From the IMG/VR virus record IMGVR_UViG_3300025276_000021: a stretch of DNA of 64,000 bases; one strand, given 5' to 3'. Positions 31,554-41,606 of the stretch are shown here, one piece after another. The stretch's first letter is position 1. The number at the start of each line of letters is the position of its first letter. Both the position numbers and the translations under genes were made by a program. Origin of the DNA: a virus. Under the pieces are notes generated by a model. That model ran no database searches and had not been told where the DNA came from. It was given only the letters and a program-made list of their open reading frames with translations.

Positions 31554-32769
31554 TTACTTTTTCTTTTAATTCATTAATATCAGATTTTAAGTCTTTGATT
31601 GCTTCAATAATTAAACCCATCATGTTACCATAACGAACAGCTTTATATTCACCATCAAATTCATAAACAACTTCTGGTAAAACAGATTCAACTTCATCTG
31701 CCATGACACCTGTCATTTTTTCTTCACGACCAATATAGTTAAATGTGTACCCAGAAAGAGTCATTACTTTGTCAATAGCATTGTCAATGACTTCTATATT
31801 TTCTTTGAGTTTTCTATCAGACGCACTATTGAACGCGGTAATATCACCATTAGATGTAATTGCACTATCAGCATGTAATGTTGATGAGAGGGATAATGAA
31901 ACACCATTATCACCTACGTCTGATCTTAAATATTTTGGATCAGTTAGAGTTGCAATCATTGTTGCAGAATCTATTCCAGGAGGGGATCTTTCTATGATAT
32001 AATCGCTATCAATTATAGCAACAACTCTACCGCCAGTAAAATAAAGATTTGTTCCTTCTGTTATAGCTGTAGTCGTTTGAGCAGGCATTGTAAAAGACAT
32101 AATGCCAGTGCTGTTATCATAAGATAAACTACCAGTTGCGCTAATTGATGCTCTTGCCCTCGCTATAGTATGATAAAGATTAGTTGAACCTTCTGTAATT
32201 GTATCTGTATTGCCTTGTGTAAAAGATATAACACCAGTGCTGTTATTATAAAATAGACTGCCAGTTGCACTAATTGCATTTTTAGCATCACTATCTGCCC
32301 TAGATGTTGTGTAATAGAGATTCGTACCCTCAACTAATTCGCCCGTGGACTCTACCACCGAGGGTGGAACATAAGTGAACACTCCAGTGCCGCTATAACT
32401 TAAAGTGCTAGTAGGACCAGATGGTGCAGATTGAATTACAGAGATATCAGAAAATCTAGGGACATCTAAAATTCCATAACCATCCCTACTAGTCGGGGTA
32501 GTTGTTATAGACGAAAATGCTGGAGCTGTATTTGTTACAGATCCCACAGGCGAGCTATTGATTATATTAAAAATATACGAAGAGTCAACTAAAGCTGTAA
32601 CCCCGGAGTCATTTAAAGCACCCACATTATTATAGAATGAGCTTAGTTCACCTAAGGCAACTCTCGCTGTTCCATGAGTTCCCACACTTACCCCACTCAC
32701 AAGTACAAAATTTGAGTTTGAAGTTAAGTTTCCCGAAACTTCTGTTGGTAAATCGACTACTCTAACCAT
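31543..32769 (-). CDS. Tail fibre with C-terminal intramolecular chaperone (peptidase S74)
   Basis: EGTNLYYT shaft repeats; SDRKLKENI...GVMADEVESVLPEVV...VRYGNMMGLIIEAIKDL S74 signature. Confidence 0.85.
   Translation of the reverse strand: MVRVVDLPTEVSGNLTSNSNFVLVSGVSVGTHGTARVALGELSSFYNNVGALNDSGVTALVDSSYIFNIINSSPVGSVTNTAPAFSSITTTPTSRDGYGILDVPRFSDISVIQSAPSGPTSTLSYSGTGVFTYVPPSVVESTGELVEGTNLYYTTSRADSDAKNAISATGSLFYNNSTGVISFTQGNTDTITEGSTNLYHTIARARASISATGSLSYDNSTGIMSFTMPAQTTTAITEGTNLYFTGGRVVAIIDSDYIIERSPPGIDSATMIATLTDPKYLRSDVGDNGVSLSLSSTLHADSAITSNGDITAFNSASDRKLKENIEVIDNAIDKVMTLSGYTFNYIGREEKMTGVMADEVESVLPEVVYEFDGEYKAVRYGNMMGLIIEAIKDLKSDINELKEKVNGN
32365..32769 (-). repeat. Duplicated fibre N-terminus, copy 1 (copy 2 at 36704-37108)
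   Basis: First 135 aa of the 408-aa and 627-aa fibres differ at 10 positions by my alignment. Confidence 0.95.
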
Positions 32770-32824
32770 CTGTTATCTTTCTTTTTTATCGTCTATATAT
32801 TTTCGTAAGGCCAGTTTGCTTTAA

Positions 32825-35221
32825 TTAATCTCTTTCAATCTCGAAACTACCACTAATAGATACACCACTTCCTAAAGTACAATCTTCTGTAGTTGTTTCT
32901 TTAGTAGCATGACTGTATGTTCCTCCTTGATATATTACTCTTGGAGTTGCACCATGCAGAGCTTCTACATAATAATTTGCTGTTGGGGTAATACTTTCTG
33001 TCATATTGTACATATCAGTTTGATTCTGTAGTGTTCCTAGCCAAGTTTTTACATCTGACCATGTCCAATCTCTGTTTAATTCCAATATTGTAGCAATCAA
33101 TCCTGTCGCTACAGGAGTTGCAGCACTAGTGCCGCTGAATCTTCCATCTCTACTTACCGCAGGCGAACCAGTTTGTCCGTCACTCCAACTTGTACCACCA
33201 CTTTTACTCGCATATGTGTTATCATATCTAGGGATATCAGTACCATAATATCCGGGAATTGCAGCCAAAGTTCCGTCAGCTGGTGCAAACAGGTCTATAT
33301 TATTTCCCATATCGCTGTAATTTACTTTGCGCTCTTTTGTACCAGTAGCATACTGATCATCTAGACCGCCTACAATAATTACTGGACTTGTTCTATTTCC
33401 TGTCTGTACCTTTATAATACCCTGCATTGAGCTATGGGTGCCACAATTATAATAATACTGGTCACCAGTAAGAGTTGATTTCGTTCTCTGATTAGGTGTC
33501 CAACTACATGTACCGTACAGGGAGCCTTGTCCTGTTGCCGTGGGGTGATTTACTTGGTTTTGATGGCCAGTTCCACTATGATACTTGATATAAAAATTAT
33601 TAGGGCTGGGGGCACTTACATTAAAATTTACAGTATCGCCTCGATTAATATAAACAGTAGGATTGGTTCCGCTTACAGATCCGTTTCTGTCTGTGCCATT
33701 TAATTGCCAAGTGTTACTGCTAACTGATACTGAAATATTAAATGTTTGTGGATCTCCCCAAGTTGATCCTGCCTGTTGTGGGAAACCTGGTCTGTTTATA
33801 GTTGGCATTGCAAGTGTGCCATTGGCTGTCACTTGACCGTCTCCAAAATGTCCTGAATTGGTGGAATGCCAATAGTTATCATAGTCTGGATGATCCCATT
33901 TGACTTGTTTTTGATTGCTATTTCCTGCGGCAACAGTTGTAATAACACCAGCATCTATCATTTCCTTTGCGCTAGTGACCATGGCACTATCGAAAAATTC
34001 ACTTTTAATTCTACCTGAATCGCCGTAATTACCTATAAGGTTCATAAACGCTGGTGCGCCTGCTTTTGATGTAAAGTATATTCCTGAAGATATTCTATGA
34101 AATGCGTATGCTGTAGTTGGATGCCACGCTCTATATCCCCAACTATTTGAAGATATTGTTGGATCTTTAGTTCCGTATTTTGGATTTATAGGTTTTGCTA
34201 GATGGAATATTTTTTGAATGTCCCATATTTTATCAATTCCTGCACTCCGAGAACTAAATGCGTCAAGGACCCATTTGTTAGCATTATATGACCAGCCATG
34301 CGTTCTACCAAATAATTGACTTCCACACTGTGTACCATGTGTGGCATCATAGGGTAATGTGTTAAAATCTCCTAGTGTATTCTCTCTTGTACAGAGACTA
34401 GTTATAGATACTGTTCCGTAACTAGCGAAGGCAGAACTTCTACTACCTGTACTACCCCACCAACTTATAGCCGCAGCATTAGTTGGTACTGTAGTTCCGT
34501 CCCATCTGGTTTCTAGTCTAGTTCCTGGTGAAGCATTAAACCAATCTGGATCAATATAGTATGGACCATCATGCACAAGAGATAATAAATCAGAAATGCC
34601 ATCACCAGGCAATAAATTACCACCTACATAGTCTGTAGGCGACTCACCAGCTGGTCTATTATTGATAAATTCTATATGTCCTGCCCATGTACCGTTATCT
34701 GCAACTACTATATCAACATCTTTTCCCGTGCCGTATTTTTCAATATTTGAGTTCGTAGTGGTCGTATCGCTTGTCCATATATCTCTTTTATTCTTAGGTC
34801 CATTTTCTCTTGTAGTTCTTAACAACTGGTATCCACATCTACGCAAATCCGCACTAGTAGGGCTTGAAGGATAGTCAGACGCACTTGAGAACCGATTCCT
34901 GTGTTTAACTGGCTCGTTATATCTCCACGTAGTTTCTATTGAACAATGTAATTCATCAGAAGGTGGCTGAGTAAACTCTTCCCTGTAGTTATCTGGGTTT
35001 TTGTGTATAAACGCAATCTGAGGATTTTGTTCTAACTCTGCAGCTTCTTCCTCACTTAACCAAAATACACCTCTTGTAGGGCTGTGTAGTATATCATCTG
35101 TTTGACTAACTGCTCTTGCTACATAAGTTGGATCATCAGCATCACGCAAACTAACATCTAATGCATCATATTGTTCTTTTGTATGTGTACCTAATTGATA
35201 ATGAAATTCTGACATAATCAA
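32825..35221 (-). CDS. Subtilisin-like (S8) serine protease with inserted cupredoxin-like module
   Basis: Triad motifs VDIVVAD, THGTQC, GTSAATP and oxyanion AAGN; insert ending YYYNCGTHSSMQG. Start may be 35215. Confidence 0.85.
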   Translation of the reverse strand: MIMSEFHYQLGTHTKEQYDALDVSLRDADDPTYVARAVSQTDDILHSPTRGVFWLSEEEAAELEQNPQIAFIHKNPDNYREEFTQPPSDELHCSIETTWRYNEPVKHRNRFSSASDYPSSPTSADLRRCGYQLLRTTRENGPKNKRDIWTSDTTTTNSNIEKYGTGKDVDIVVADNGTWAGHIEFINNRPAGESPTDYVGGNLLPGDGISDLLSLVHDGPYYIDPDWFNASPGTRLETRWDGTTVPTNAAAISWWGSTGSRSSAFASYGTVSITSLCTRENTLGDFNTLPYDATHGTQCGSQLFGRTHGWSYNANKWVLDAFSSRSAGIDKIWDIQKIFHLAKPINPKYGTKDPTISSNSWGYRAWHPTTAYAFHRISSGIYFTSKAGAPAFMNLIGNYGDSGRIKSEFFDSAMVTSAKEMIDAGVITTVAAGNSNQKQVKWDHPDYDNYWHSTNSGHFGDGQVTANGTLAMPTINRPGFPQQAGSTWGDPQTFNISVSVSSNTWQLNGTDRNGSVSGTNPTVYINRGDTVNFNVSAPSPNNFYIKYHSGTGHQNQVNHPTATGQGSLYGTCSWTPNQRTKSTLTGDQYYYNCGTHSSMQGIIKVQTGNRTSPVIIVGGLDDQYATGTKERKVNYSDMGNNIDLFAPADGTLAAIPGYYGTDIPRYDNTYASKSGGTSWSDGQTGSPAVSRDGRFSGTSAATPVATGLIATILELNRDWTWSDVKTWLGTLQNQTDMYNMTESITPTANYYVEALHGATPRVIYQGGTYSHATKETTTEDCTLGSGVSISGSFEIERD

Positions 35222-35224
35222 TCC

Positions 35225-37108
35225 TTAATTCAAATCTACCCAAGAGCCGTTTGCAAAGCCTTGGAATTTATTTGTTGTAGTATTGTATATCATGTCGCCA
35301 GTTGCTGCACTTAATGCATTTCTTTGAGTTGTTGTGAAACTGTGTAATTTTAGAGGAGTATTTGCAATAGATGTTCTTGTCGTTGCTTGCAATGTAAGTG
35401 AAGTGGCACTTGTTAATACCGGAGAACCTGATTGACTACTAGCGAATGAGCCAGTTACTGTAACATTATCATCTAGTGTAATTGTTGTTCCGCTACTTGA
35501 AATTGTACTTGCAGCTATAGTTAAGTCTCCTAAGCTGCCGCCGCCTGACGTAGCATCTGCCGCGGGTGACCAACTACTACCATTATACTTTAATACTTGT
35601 CCGCTTGTTACACCACTTGTACTTACATCTGTTAATCCGTCTAATGATGTAGCCCCGCCGCTAATTCTTGACGAAACATATGCACTATCGACAATTCCTA
35701 CAACGTCTGCGCTATCAAATGCTGCTGGGATAACAACTCTTGCGGCAACATATGCACTGTCTACAGTAGATGAAATATCATCAAAGTTTGCTAACTTTAT
35801 CCAATTAGCAGCATGAGAATAATAAGCTTTTGTTGTACCATGAACGTGAGCAAACATACCATGATATGTTGACGCACTTGGAAGATCGCCTTCTGTTGAA
35901 TATACATTTCCGTAAAGCATTTTTCCAGTAGTAGTAATATTATTACTACCCATCTCAAGCGCGCCTGACATAGTGCCACCAGAAAGAGGTAATTTAGCTG
36001 CAATACTATTTGTTATAGTGGTAGAGAAGTTCGCATCGTCTCCAATAGCCGCCGCCAATTCATTTAAAGTATCTAATGTTGAGGGCGCAACATCAACTAA
36101 TGCGGAAACTGCACTATCTGCAATTGCTCTAGCATCTGCACTATCAAATGCTGCTGGGATAACAACTCTTGCGTTGATGTATGCGCTATCGACAAGATTA
36201 CCTGCGACAAAGGAAGCATCTGCACTATCAAATTCAAACGTGCCCTCGGCCTCGATAATTCCTATAACGTCAGCACTATCAAATGTTGATGAACTAGTAA
36301 CTCTTGCGTTGATGTATGCAGTATCGACAATTCCTACAACGTCTCCACTATCAAATGCTGCTGGAATTACAACTCTTGCATTGACGTATGCAGTATCGAC
36401 AATTCCTACAACGGACGCACTATCAAATGCTGCTGGGCTTCTTGCAGTAACATATGCGCTATCGACAAGATTACCAGCGACAAAAGAAGCATCTGCACTA
36501 TCAAATGTAGATAAGACCTGAATCCTTGCAGCGACATATGCACTATCAACCATTCCTACAACGTCTGCGCTATCAAATGCTACTGGAATATCAAATCTTG
36601 CATCGACATATGCACTATCAACTATTCCTAAAACGAACGCACTATCAAGTCCTGATAGAAGATCAAATTTTGCATTAACGTATGAGCTATCGACAAGATT
36701 ACTTGGAACATATGTAAACGATCCATTGCCGTTATAACTTAACGTGCTAGTAGCGCCGCGTGGTGCAGATTGAGTTACAGAGATATCTGAAAATCTAGGG
36801 ACGTCTAAAATTCCATACCCATCCCTACTAGTTGGAGTACTTGTTATAGATGAAAATGCTGGGGCAATATTTGTTACAGATCCCACAGGAGAACTATTAA
36901 TTATATTAAAGATATATGCAGAGTCAACTAAAGCCGTGACGCCAGAATCATTTAAAGCACCCACATTATTATAGAATGAGCTTAGTTCACCCAACGCCAC
37001 TCTCGCGGTGCCGTGGGTTCCCACACTTACTCCGCTCACAATCACAAAATTTGAGTTTGAAGTTAAGTTTCCTGAAACTTCTGTTGGTAAATCGACTACT
37101 CTAACCAT
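35225..37108 (-). CDS. Tail fibre-like protein rich in DSA repeats (627 aa)
   Basis: APSTLDTLNELAAAIGDDANF fibre motif, YHGMFAHVHG module, LTDV..GQVLKYNGSSW motif, C-terminal TTTQRNAL..GDMIYNTTTNKFQG..W. Confidence 0.8.
   Translation of the reverse strand: MVRVVDLPTEVSGNLTSNSNFVIVSGVSVGTHGTARVALGELSSFYNNVGALNDSGVTALVDSAYIFNIINSSPVGSVTNIAPAFSSITSTPTSRDGYGILDVPRFSDISVTQSAPRGATSTLSYNGNGSFTYVPSNLVDSSYVNAKFDLLSGLDSAFVLGIVDSAYVDARFDIPVAFDSADVVGMVDSAYVAARIQVLSTFDSADASFVAGNLVDSAYVTARSPAAFDSASVVGIVDTAYVNARVVIPAAFDSGDVVGIVDTAYINARVTSSSTFDSADVIGIIEAEGTFEFDSADASFVAGNLVDSAYINARVVIPAAFDSADARAIADSAVSALVDVAPSTLDTLNELAAAIGDDANFSTTITNSIAAKLPLSGGTMSGALEMGSNNITTTGKMLYGNVYSTEGDLPSASTYHGMFAHVHGTTKAYYSHAANWIKLANFDDISSTVDSAYVAARVVIPAAFDSADVVGIVDSAYVSSRISGGATSLDGLTDVSTSGVTSGQVLKYNGSSWSPAADATSGGGSLGDLTIAASTISSSGTTITLDDNVTVTGSFASSQSGSPVLTSATSLTLQATTRTSIANTPLKLHSFTTTQRNALSAATGDMIYNTTTNKFQGFANGSWVDLN
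36704..37108 (-). repeat. Duplicated fibre N-terminus, copy 2
   Basis: Near-identical to 32365-32769. Confidence 0.95.
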
Positions 37109-37127
37109 TTGCTATCTCTGTTATCTT

Positions 37128-38906
37128 TCATTTGCCGTGTACGTGATTTTTTGAACGCGGAAAAACTCCACCCGATACAGGTCTGTTTGCATAAACCCAG
37201 TTTGCTTTTGAGGGAAAGGCAATATCTTCTGTCGGTCTCTGATTGAACCATCGCAATATTAAATTTTTAGCGCCTTGCAAACTGCTCCGGTCATTAGGAT
37301 CATCTGCGCCAGTGTCGTGCATCAAGTCGGATTCACCATATTCATTTAACCAAACTCTTGCTTCTGCACAAGTCATATTTGGCCAGCTTTCAGCAAGACA
37401 TGCCAACACACCGCAAACTTGAGGTGCTGCCATACTGGTACCGTTCATTTTAGTCATAAAATAACTACTATTTCTTGGATCAGCTCCACCGGCTGAGCCA
37501 TAAGTGTTAGAAGTAACTGAACCCTGAATATGCATACCCGCCGCAAATACATCTACTCTGTTGCCGATATTACTAAACCAACTCTGACCTTCATCTGTAT
37601 CTGTTGACATTGCTCCAACTACAATAGGACTGTTGACTCCTTCACTAAACGGTTGACCACCACCTCTATGAGAATGTAGCGCATATGCAGTTCCACTTAT
37701 AGTAAATGTTGCAGTGTTATTATAATCTTGATCTGTAGAATCCACAATTTTCCAGCTTTGATTATCCGAGGAATTTGTCACAACAATACCAGCTTCTATC
37801 GCATCTTCCAGATCTGCAATACTTGCCGCACTCGAATAAGGTATTCTCAAAGCAGGGCTGCCGCCTGTTCGATGAACGCCATCTGGATAATACTGGGTAG
37901 GTACACCACGCTGGGCAAGACCAAGGGCGGTAAAACCTGTGCCAGACGTAACAGTACCTCTATAGTTCATTGAAGTAATTGGTCCGACATTGCCGGAATC
38001 TATAGAAAAAGCGGAATTGAAACTACAATTAATAACTGTAGGATTTTTTCTGCCAGTTGCAGCATTGATAGGCTTTTGAGTATGCCACACCCTTAAGTAG
38101 TCCCACATAAAAGATGAAATTGAACCAGAACCTGTGGTGGGATTTCCTGCAGTGCCGTCATTGGTAGCAATGCTAAATGGAGAGATATTATAGATATTTG
38201 CGTCTCTGGCCCAGCCTTGTGTATTACCAGCGACTGTAGATCCTACATGACAGCCATGATTGTTATTTGATGTATAAGTGGCAGTTACATAAGAACCGTT
38301 ATCAGAATATGGATATGATGTACCAAAAGAGCCACCAGGATGAGTACCATGATTAAACCAATTCTCTTGTATAACACGACTGCCGCCAGTTCCGTCTGCA
38401 TTTACAGCAAATTCGGGGTGTGCAGGATCAATGTGTCCATCTGCGATAACTACATCAACATTCTTGCCTGAGGCAGTTACCGTCAAATCTGCAGTTATCG
38501 ATCTTGTGTCGCTTGGCTCTCCACCCCAAGTATTAATCTGCGCACCAGAAGCATGTCTTAATAATCCCCAATTTCTATGAGTAGATACATGAGTAACAGC
38601 GAAACCGTTTGCTGCGCTCCAACCTGTCTTATGATAGTTTTGGTTAGTCGTAGCCCATCCGCTAGGTTGTATCGACATTTCGTTAAGTTCTCTTAATGTT
38701 ACATCCCAAACTCGTTCATCTTGTTTCAATGAATCTACTTCGGCATCGTCAAGCATGTAATGAGTATTACGACTTATTTCCCGTCGATGTTCGACACCTA
38801 CAGCTCTATCTGGAATATATAAATTTCCACCCGGCGTTTCCATATCTTCATAAAAAGTTTCCAAATCTTCTTTTCTATAAAGAGTAATTACCCATTCCCT
38901 AGTCAT
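37128..38906 (-). CDS. Subtilisin-like (S8) serine protease
   Basis: VDVVIADG, HGCHVGSTVAG, NGTSMAAPQV triad motifs; oxyanion region is SSDN rather than AAGN. Confidence 0.9.
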   Translation of the reverse strand: MTREWVITLYRKEDLETFYEDMETPGGNLYIPDRAVGVEHRREISRNTHYMLDDAEVDSLKQDERVWDVTLRELNEMSIQPSGWATTNQNYHKTGWSAANGFAVTHVSTHRNWGLLRHASGAQINTWGGEPSDTRSITADLTVTASGKNVDVVIADGHIDPAHPEFAVNADGTGGSRVIQENWFNHGTHPGGSFGTSYPYSDNGSYVTATYTSNNNHGCHVGSTVAGNTQGWARDANIYNISPFSIATNDGTAGNPTTGSGSISSFMWDYLRVWHTQKPINAATGRKNPTVINCSFNSAFSIDSGNVGPITSMNYRGTVTSGTGFTALGLAQRGVPTQYYPDGVHRTGGSPALRIPYSSAASIADLEDAIEAGIVVTNSSDNQSWKIVDSTDQDYNNTATFTISGTAYALHSHRGGGQPFSEGVNSPIVVGAMSTDTDEGQSWFSNIGNRVDVFAAGMHIQGSVTSNTYGSAGGADPRNSSYFMTKMNGTSMAAPQVCGVLACLAESWPNMTCAEARVWLNEYGESDLMHDTGADDPNDRSSLQGAKNLILRWFNQRPTEDIAFPSKANWVYANRPVSGGVFPRSKNHVHGK

Positions 38907-38910
38907 ATCT

Positions 38911-40281
38911 CTACACCTCTAGTGGTAGATATTCTAAATCTACCGTAATAGTATTAGAGCCGCTCGTAGGAAGATTTTTGATTGCCATATAAATTGTTGT
39001 CTGAGAACCTTCGTTCCAAGCAGGTACTGCAGGTGCAAAATTAATATAGCCACTTGCTCCACCAGCACTTGTTGGGTGCAAGATTTCTGCAATAACGCCT
39101 GAATTTGGCGCAGGATCAGTCAACTGTCCTCTAGAAGCATCAGCGGTTCTTGCAGCGCTGGATGTATAAATTCTTAGCCATGAAGTTGCAGATACTTGCG
39201 CCCGCAAGAGCATATATGCTTTAGGTGCACTCGTTATTTCAATGTTTAGGTTGGCACCGCTGGCAATTGAACCTGTTGTAATTGATGAAGTTGTTCTAGT
39301 ACCCCCAGCACCACCACCACCGCCGCCGCCTGCTGCAGAAACAAGCTTAGTTACATTATATGGAGAAACTAAAGTTTCTAATGTACTAGTTCCTGTTGCC
39401 CATACAGATGAATCTTGAATTGTTAATCTGCCGATATTAACTGCGCTATCACCAGCTAAGATTTTTGTTACATTAGTACTATCAAGAATATTTAAATTTG
39501 CGCCGCCAGAATCAATATGCCCTATTTTTGCCCATGCGGATCCAGAATCGCCTACATCATTTCGAATTTGTAAAAGATTTTTTGCATCGTCATACCAGAA
39601 AGTTCCGTTACTAAATGCAAGTGGAGCAGTAGAATCGACATAAATTTTGGGCAAGGTTAAACTCAGAAGTCCTTGTTCGTCTTGCAATTGACTTATATCT
39701 GTTGGTATAGGAACGTTGGTCTTGATCACCCCTGTCAGTTGCGAATATGCAATATTTGTACTGCCGCTTAAAGCACTCCTTGCCAATGAGTCTGTATAAT
39801 ATATGTTTGAAGTACCTTCAGGAACATCGTCAGAGACAAATCCTACTTGTGAATCTGCTAGTTGTCCATTTAAATTTTGAATATGTGGAATACGTGCCTT
39901 GTTGAATACGCCACTAGTCGTTTTATTTGCTGAAAGGTTTGGTATTCTAGCCACAGGAAAAACACCGCTCGTAATAGCAGCGGTTGATAGTGGACCTAAA
40001 TCTGATTGAGAAATTGTATTACAATTAAATTGCCAAGCACCGCTGTTAGAATCATATACAAGTGTTGTATGACTTCCTGTGCCACCTGAAGCAAGAGTTT
40101 GTAATGACCTTATTGTAGATGTAGTCACTTGTGGAGCAATTTCATTTATAGCAGAAACGATATCAGATTTGTTTGTAGTAAGCAATTGATCTGGCTCACC
40201 AACGTATGCGGACATAGAGTTGGTAGCTTGGCGCCAAGTTTCAATAGTATCTGTAAGATTAACTGAGATTTTTCTTGTCAT
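38911..40281 (-). CDS. Short fibre-like virion protein (456 aa), paralogue of the 395-aa protein
   Basis: DTIETWRQATN N-terminus, TSGVFxxARIP repeats, C-terminal WLRIYTSSAARTADASR...PAPNSGVIAEI domain. Confidence 0.7.
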   Translation of the reverse strand: MTRKISVNLTDTIETWRQATNSMSAYVGEPDQLLTTNKSDIVSAINEIAPQVTTSTIRSLQTLASGGTGSHTTLVYDSNSGAWQFNCNTISQSDLGPLSTAAITSGVFPVARIPNLSANKTTSGVFNKARIPHIQNLNGQLADSQVGFVSDDVPEGTSNIYYTDSLARSALSGSTNIAYSQLTGVIKTNVPIPTDISQLQDEQGLLSLTLPKIYVDSTAPLAFSNGTFWYDDAKNLLQIRNDVGDSGSAWAKIGHIDSGGANLNILDSTNVTKILAGDSAVNIGRLTIQDSSVWATGTSTLETLVSPYNVTKLVSAAGGGGGGGAGGTRTTSSITTGSIASGANLNIEITSAPKAYMLLRAQVSATSWLRIYTSSAARTADASRGQLTDPAPNSGVIAEILHPTSAGGASGYINFAPAVPAWNEGSQTTIYMAIKNLPTSGSNTITVDLEYLPLEV

Positions 40282-40312
40282 TTTTTCATCTTTGCTATAA
40301 GTTGCTTATGTT

Positions 40313-40320
40313 TATTTATA
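40313..40320 (-). promoter_or_regulatory. T4-type late promoter at the downstream edge of the radical SAM cluster
   Basis: TATAAATA overlapping the stop of the last cluster gene, about 30 nt upstream of ATG 40281. Confidence 0.85.
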
Positions 40321-40723
40321 TCTTTTCTAGTGCCATTTTAAACTCGTCCTCATAATATTTTCTCACATCTGGGACCATTCCAGTCATTTTTAGTGGAAAT
40401 GTTATTTGCTTTATAATATTTTCGTATGTCTTTATGTCTAAACTATACTGTACAAAATGGGGATCATTATCAGCTAATAGGTATTTATCATCTAATAACT
40501 CAAAGAAATTTTCATTAAAATCTTCAGATAGCCAAGACGCATAGCAGATCGCAACAAAATACGATTTTGCTGGATATACCCATTCGTCAATGTGTTCATT
40601 AAAATGCTTGACTGCCCATTTAACTGTATCGTCTGTCCAAGTAATATCTACTCTATTCAAATCATCTGTATGATGCTTATTAAGAAGATGATAAACTTGA
40701 CTCGCTATTTTCCAATCTTCCAT
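40316..40723 (-). CDS. Hypothetical protein, last gene of the radical SAM cluster
   Basis: ORF track starts it at 40777; ATG 40723 (MEDWKIA) minimises overlap. Distinctive EWVYPAKSYFVAICYA and NDPHFVQY motifs; family not recognised. Confidence 0.7.
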   Translation of the reverse strand: MEDWKIASQVYHLLNKHHTDDLNRVDITWTDDTVKWAVKHFNEHIDEWVYPAKSYFVAICYASWLSEDFNENFFELLDDKYLLADNDPHFVQYSLDIKTYENIIKQITFPLKMTGMVPDVRKYYEDEFKMALEKI

Positions 40724-41606
40724 ACCAGTCCAATAATCCTTTATATCCGTTACAGCCATTATCCAAATCCTTAACATATCTGTAATGTTCAGTTAAGCAG
40801 TTTCCAAAATATTCGCACGATGTACAGATTGGACTCATAGTTGCCTTTTCTTTTTTTGTCCAATCAATATAGTCTTCCCAACTATCTAACTCAAGAAAAT
40901 ATTCCCTATCTGCCTCATCAAATTCGAGTACACCAAATTTACCGTTTGGAGTAATGTATATATGATCGTCTGAGAATGCATTATATTTTTTATTATATGA
41001 ATCTTCTATTCTATCCCAATTTATAAATTGAAACTTCATATGTTCTTCTAACTCTAACCATTTTATAACAAAGTTCTCAAAATCTTTATGCGTCACAGTA
41101 TGGGCGTTAGCTTGATTGATTGAATATGGTTTAATTTCAACAGATTTTATAGAAGAACATAGATTCAACATATTGATCATTTCCATAACGTCTTTCTTTA
41201 GCACTTTTTCAGTAGCTAAAATTAGTACAGCTATTGGCCTAGTGCTTAACATCATATTTTGAAAAACTAGATCAGCTTTTTCTCTTGCTTCAAAATCATA
41301 AGATACTGCAAGATAAACGTCACTGTCTAAGAAACCTGGGTGCATCATAGAGTAATTTGTGTTGATATAAATAGTACCAGAATAGTGCTTTTTAATAATT
41401 TCTTTAACTCCATAGAAATAAGATTTTTTCATTGCTCCAATTTCGCCACCATATAAATCAATGTGTTCAATGTTCTGTACTTGAGACAACAATTCGTCTA
41501 GTTTATTCAACGAAATCTGTTTCTGGTTACCTAATTCTTCAGGTGTTAGATAGCAAAAGTCGCATCTAAAGTTGCAGAAGTATGTTGGATTTACTGATAC
41601 AATCAT
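40680..41606 (-). CDS. Radical SAM protein with short Cys-rich (twitch/SPASM-like) C-terminus
   Basis: CNFRCDFC, YGGEI, C-terminal CTSCEYFGNCLTEH...GC. Confidence 0.92.
   Translation of the reverse strand: MIVSVNPTYFCNFRCDFCYLTPEELGNQKQISLNKLDELLSQVQNIEHIDLYGGEIGAMKKSYFYGVKEIIKKHYSGTIYINTNYSMMHPGFLDSDVYLAVSYDFEAREKADLVFQNMMLSTRPIAVLILATEKVLKKDVMEMINMLNLCSSIKSVEIKPYSINQANAHTVTHKDFENFVIKWLELEEHMKFQFINWDRIEDSYNKKYNAFSDDHIYITPNGKFGVLEFDEADREYFLELDSWEDYIDWTKKEKATMSPICTSCEYFGNCLTEHYRYVKDLDNGCNGYKGLLDWYGRLENSESSLSSS

Noticed and set aside
14158-37108. Diversity-generating retroelement suggested by the Mtd-N-like domain and dispersed repeats
   Set aside because: No reverse transcriptase in the window; both repeat copies are coding and the differences look mostly synonymous rather than adenine-specific.
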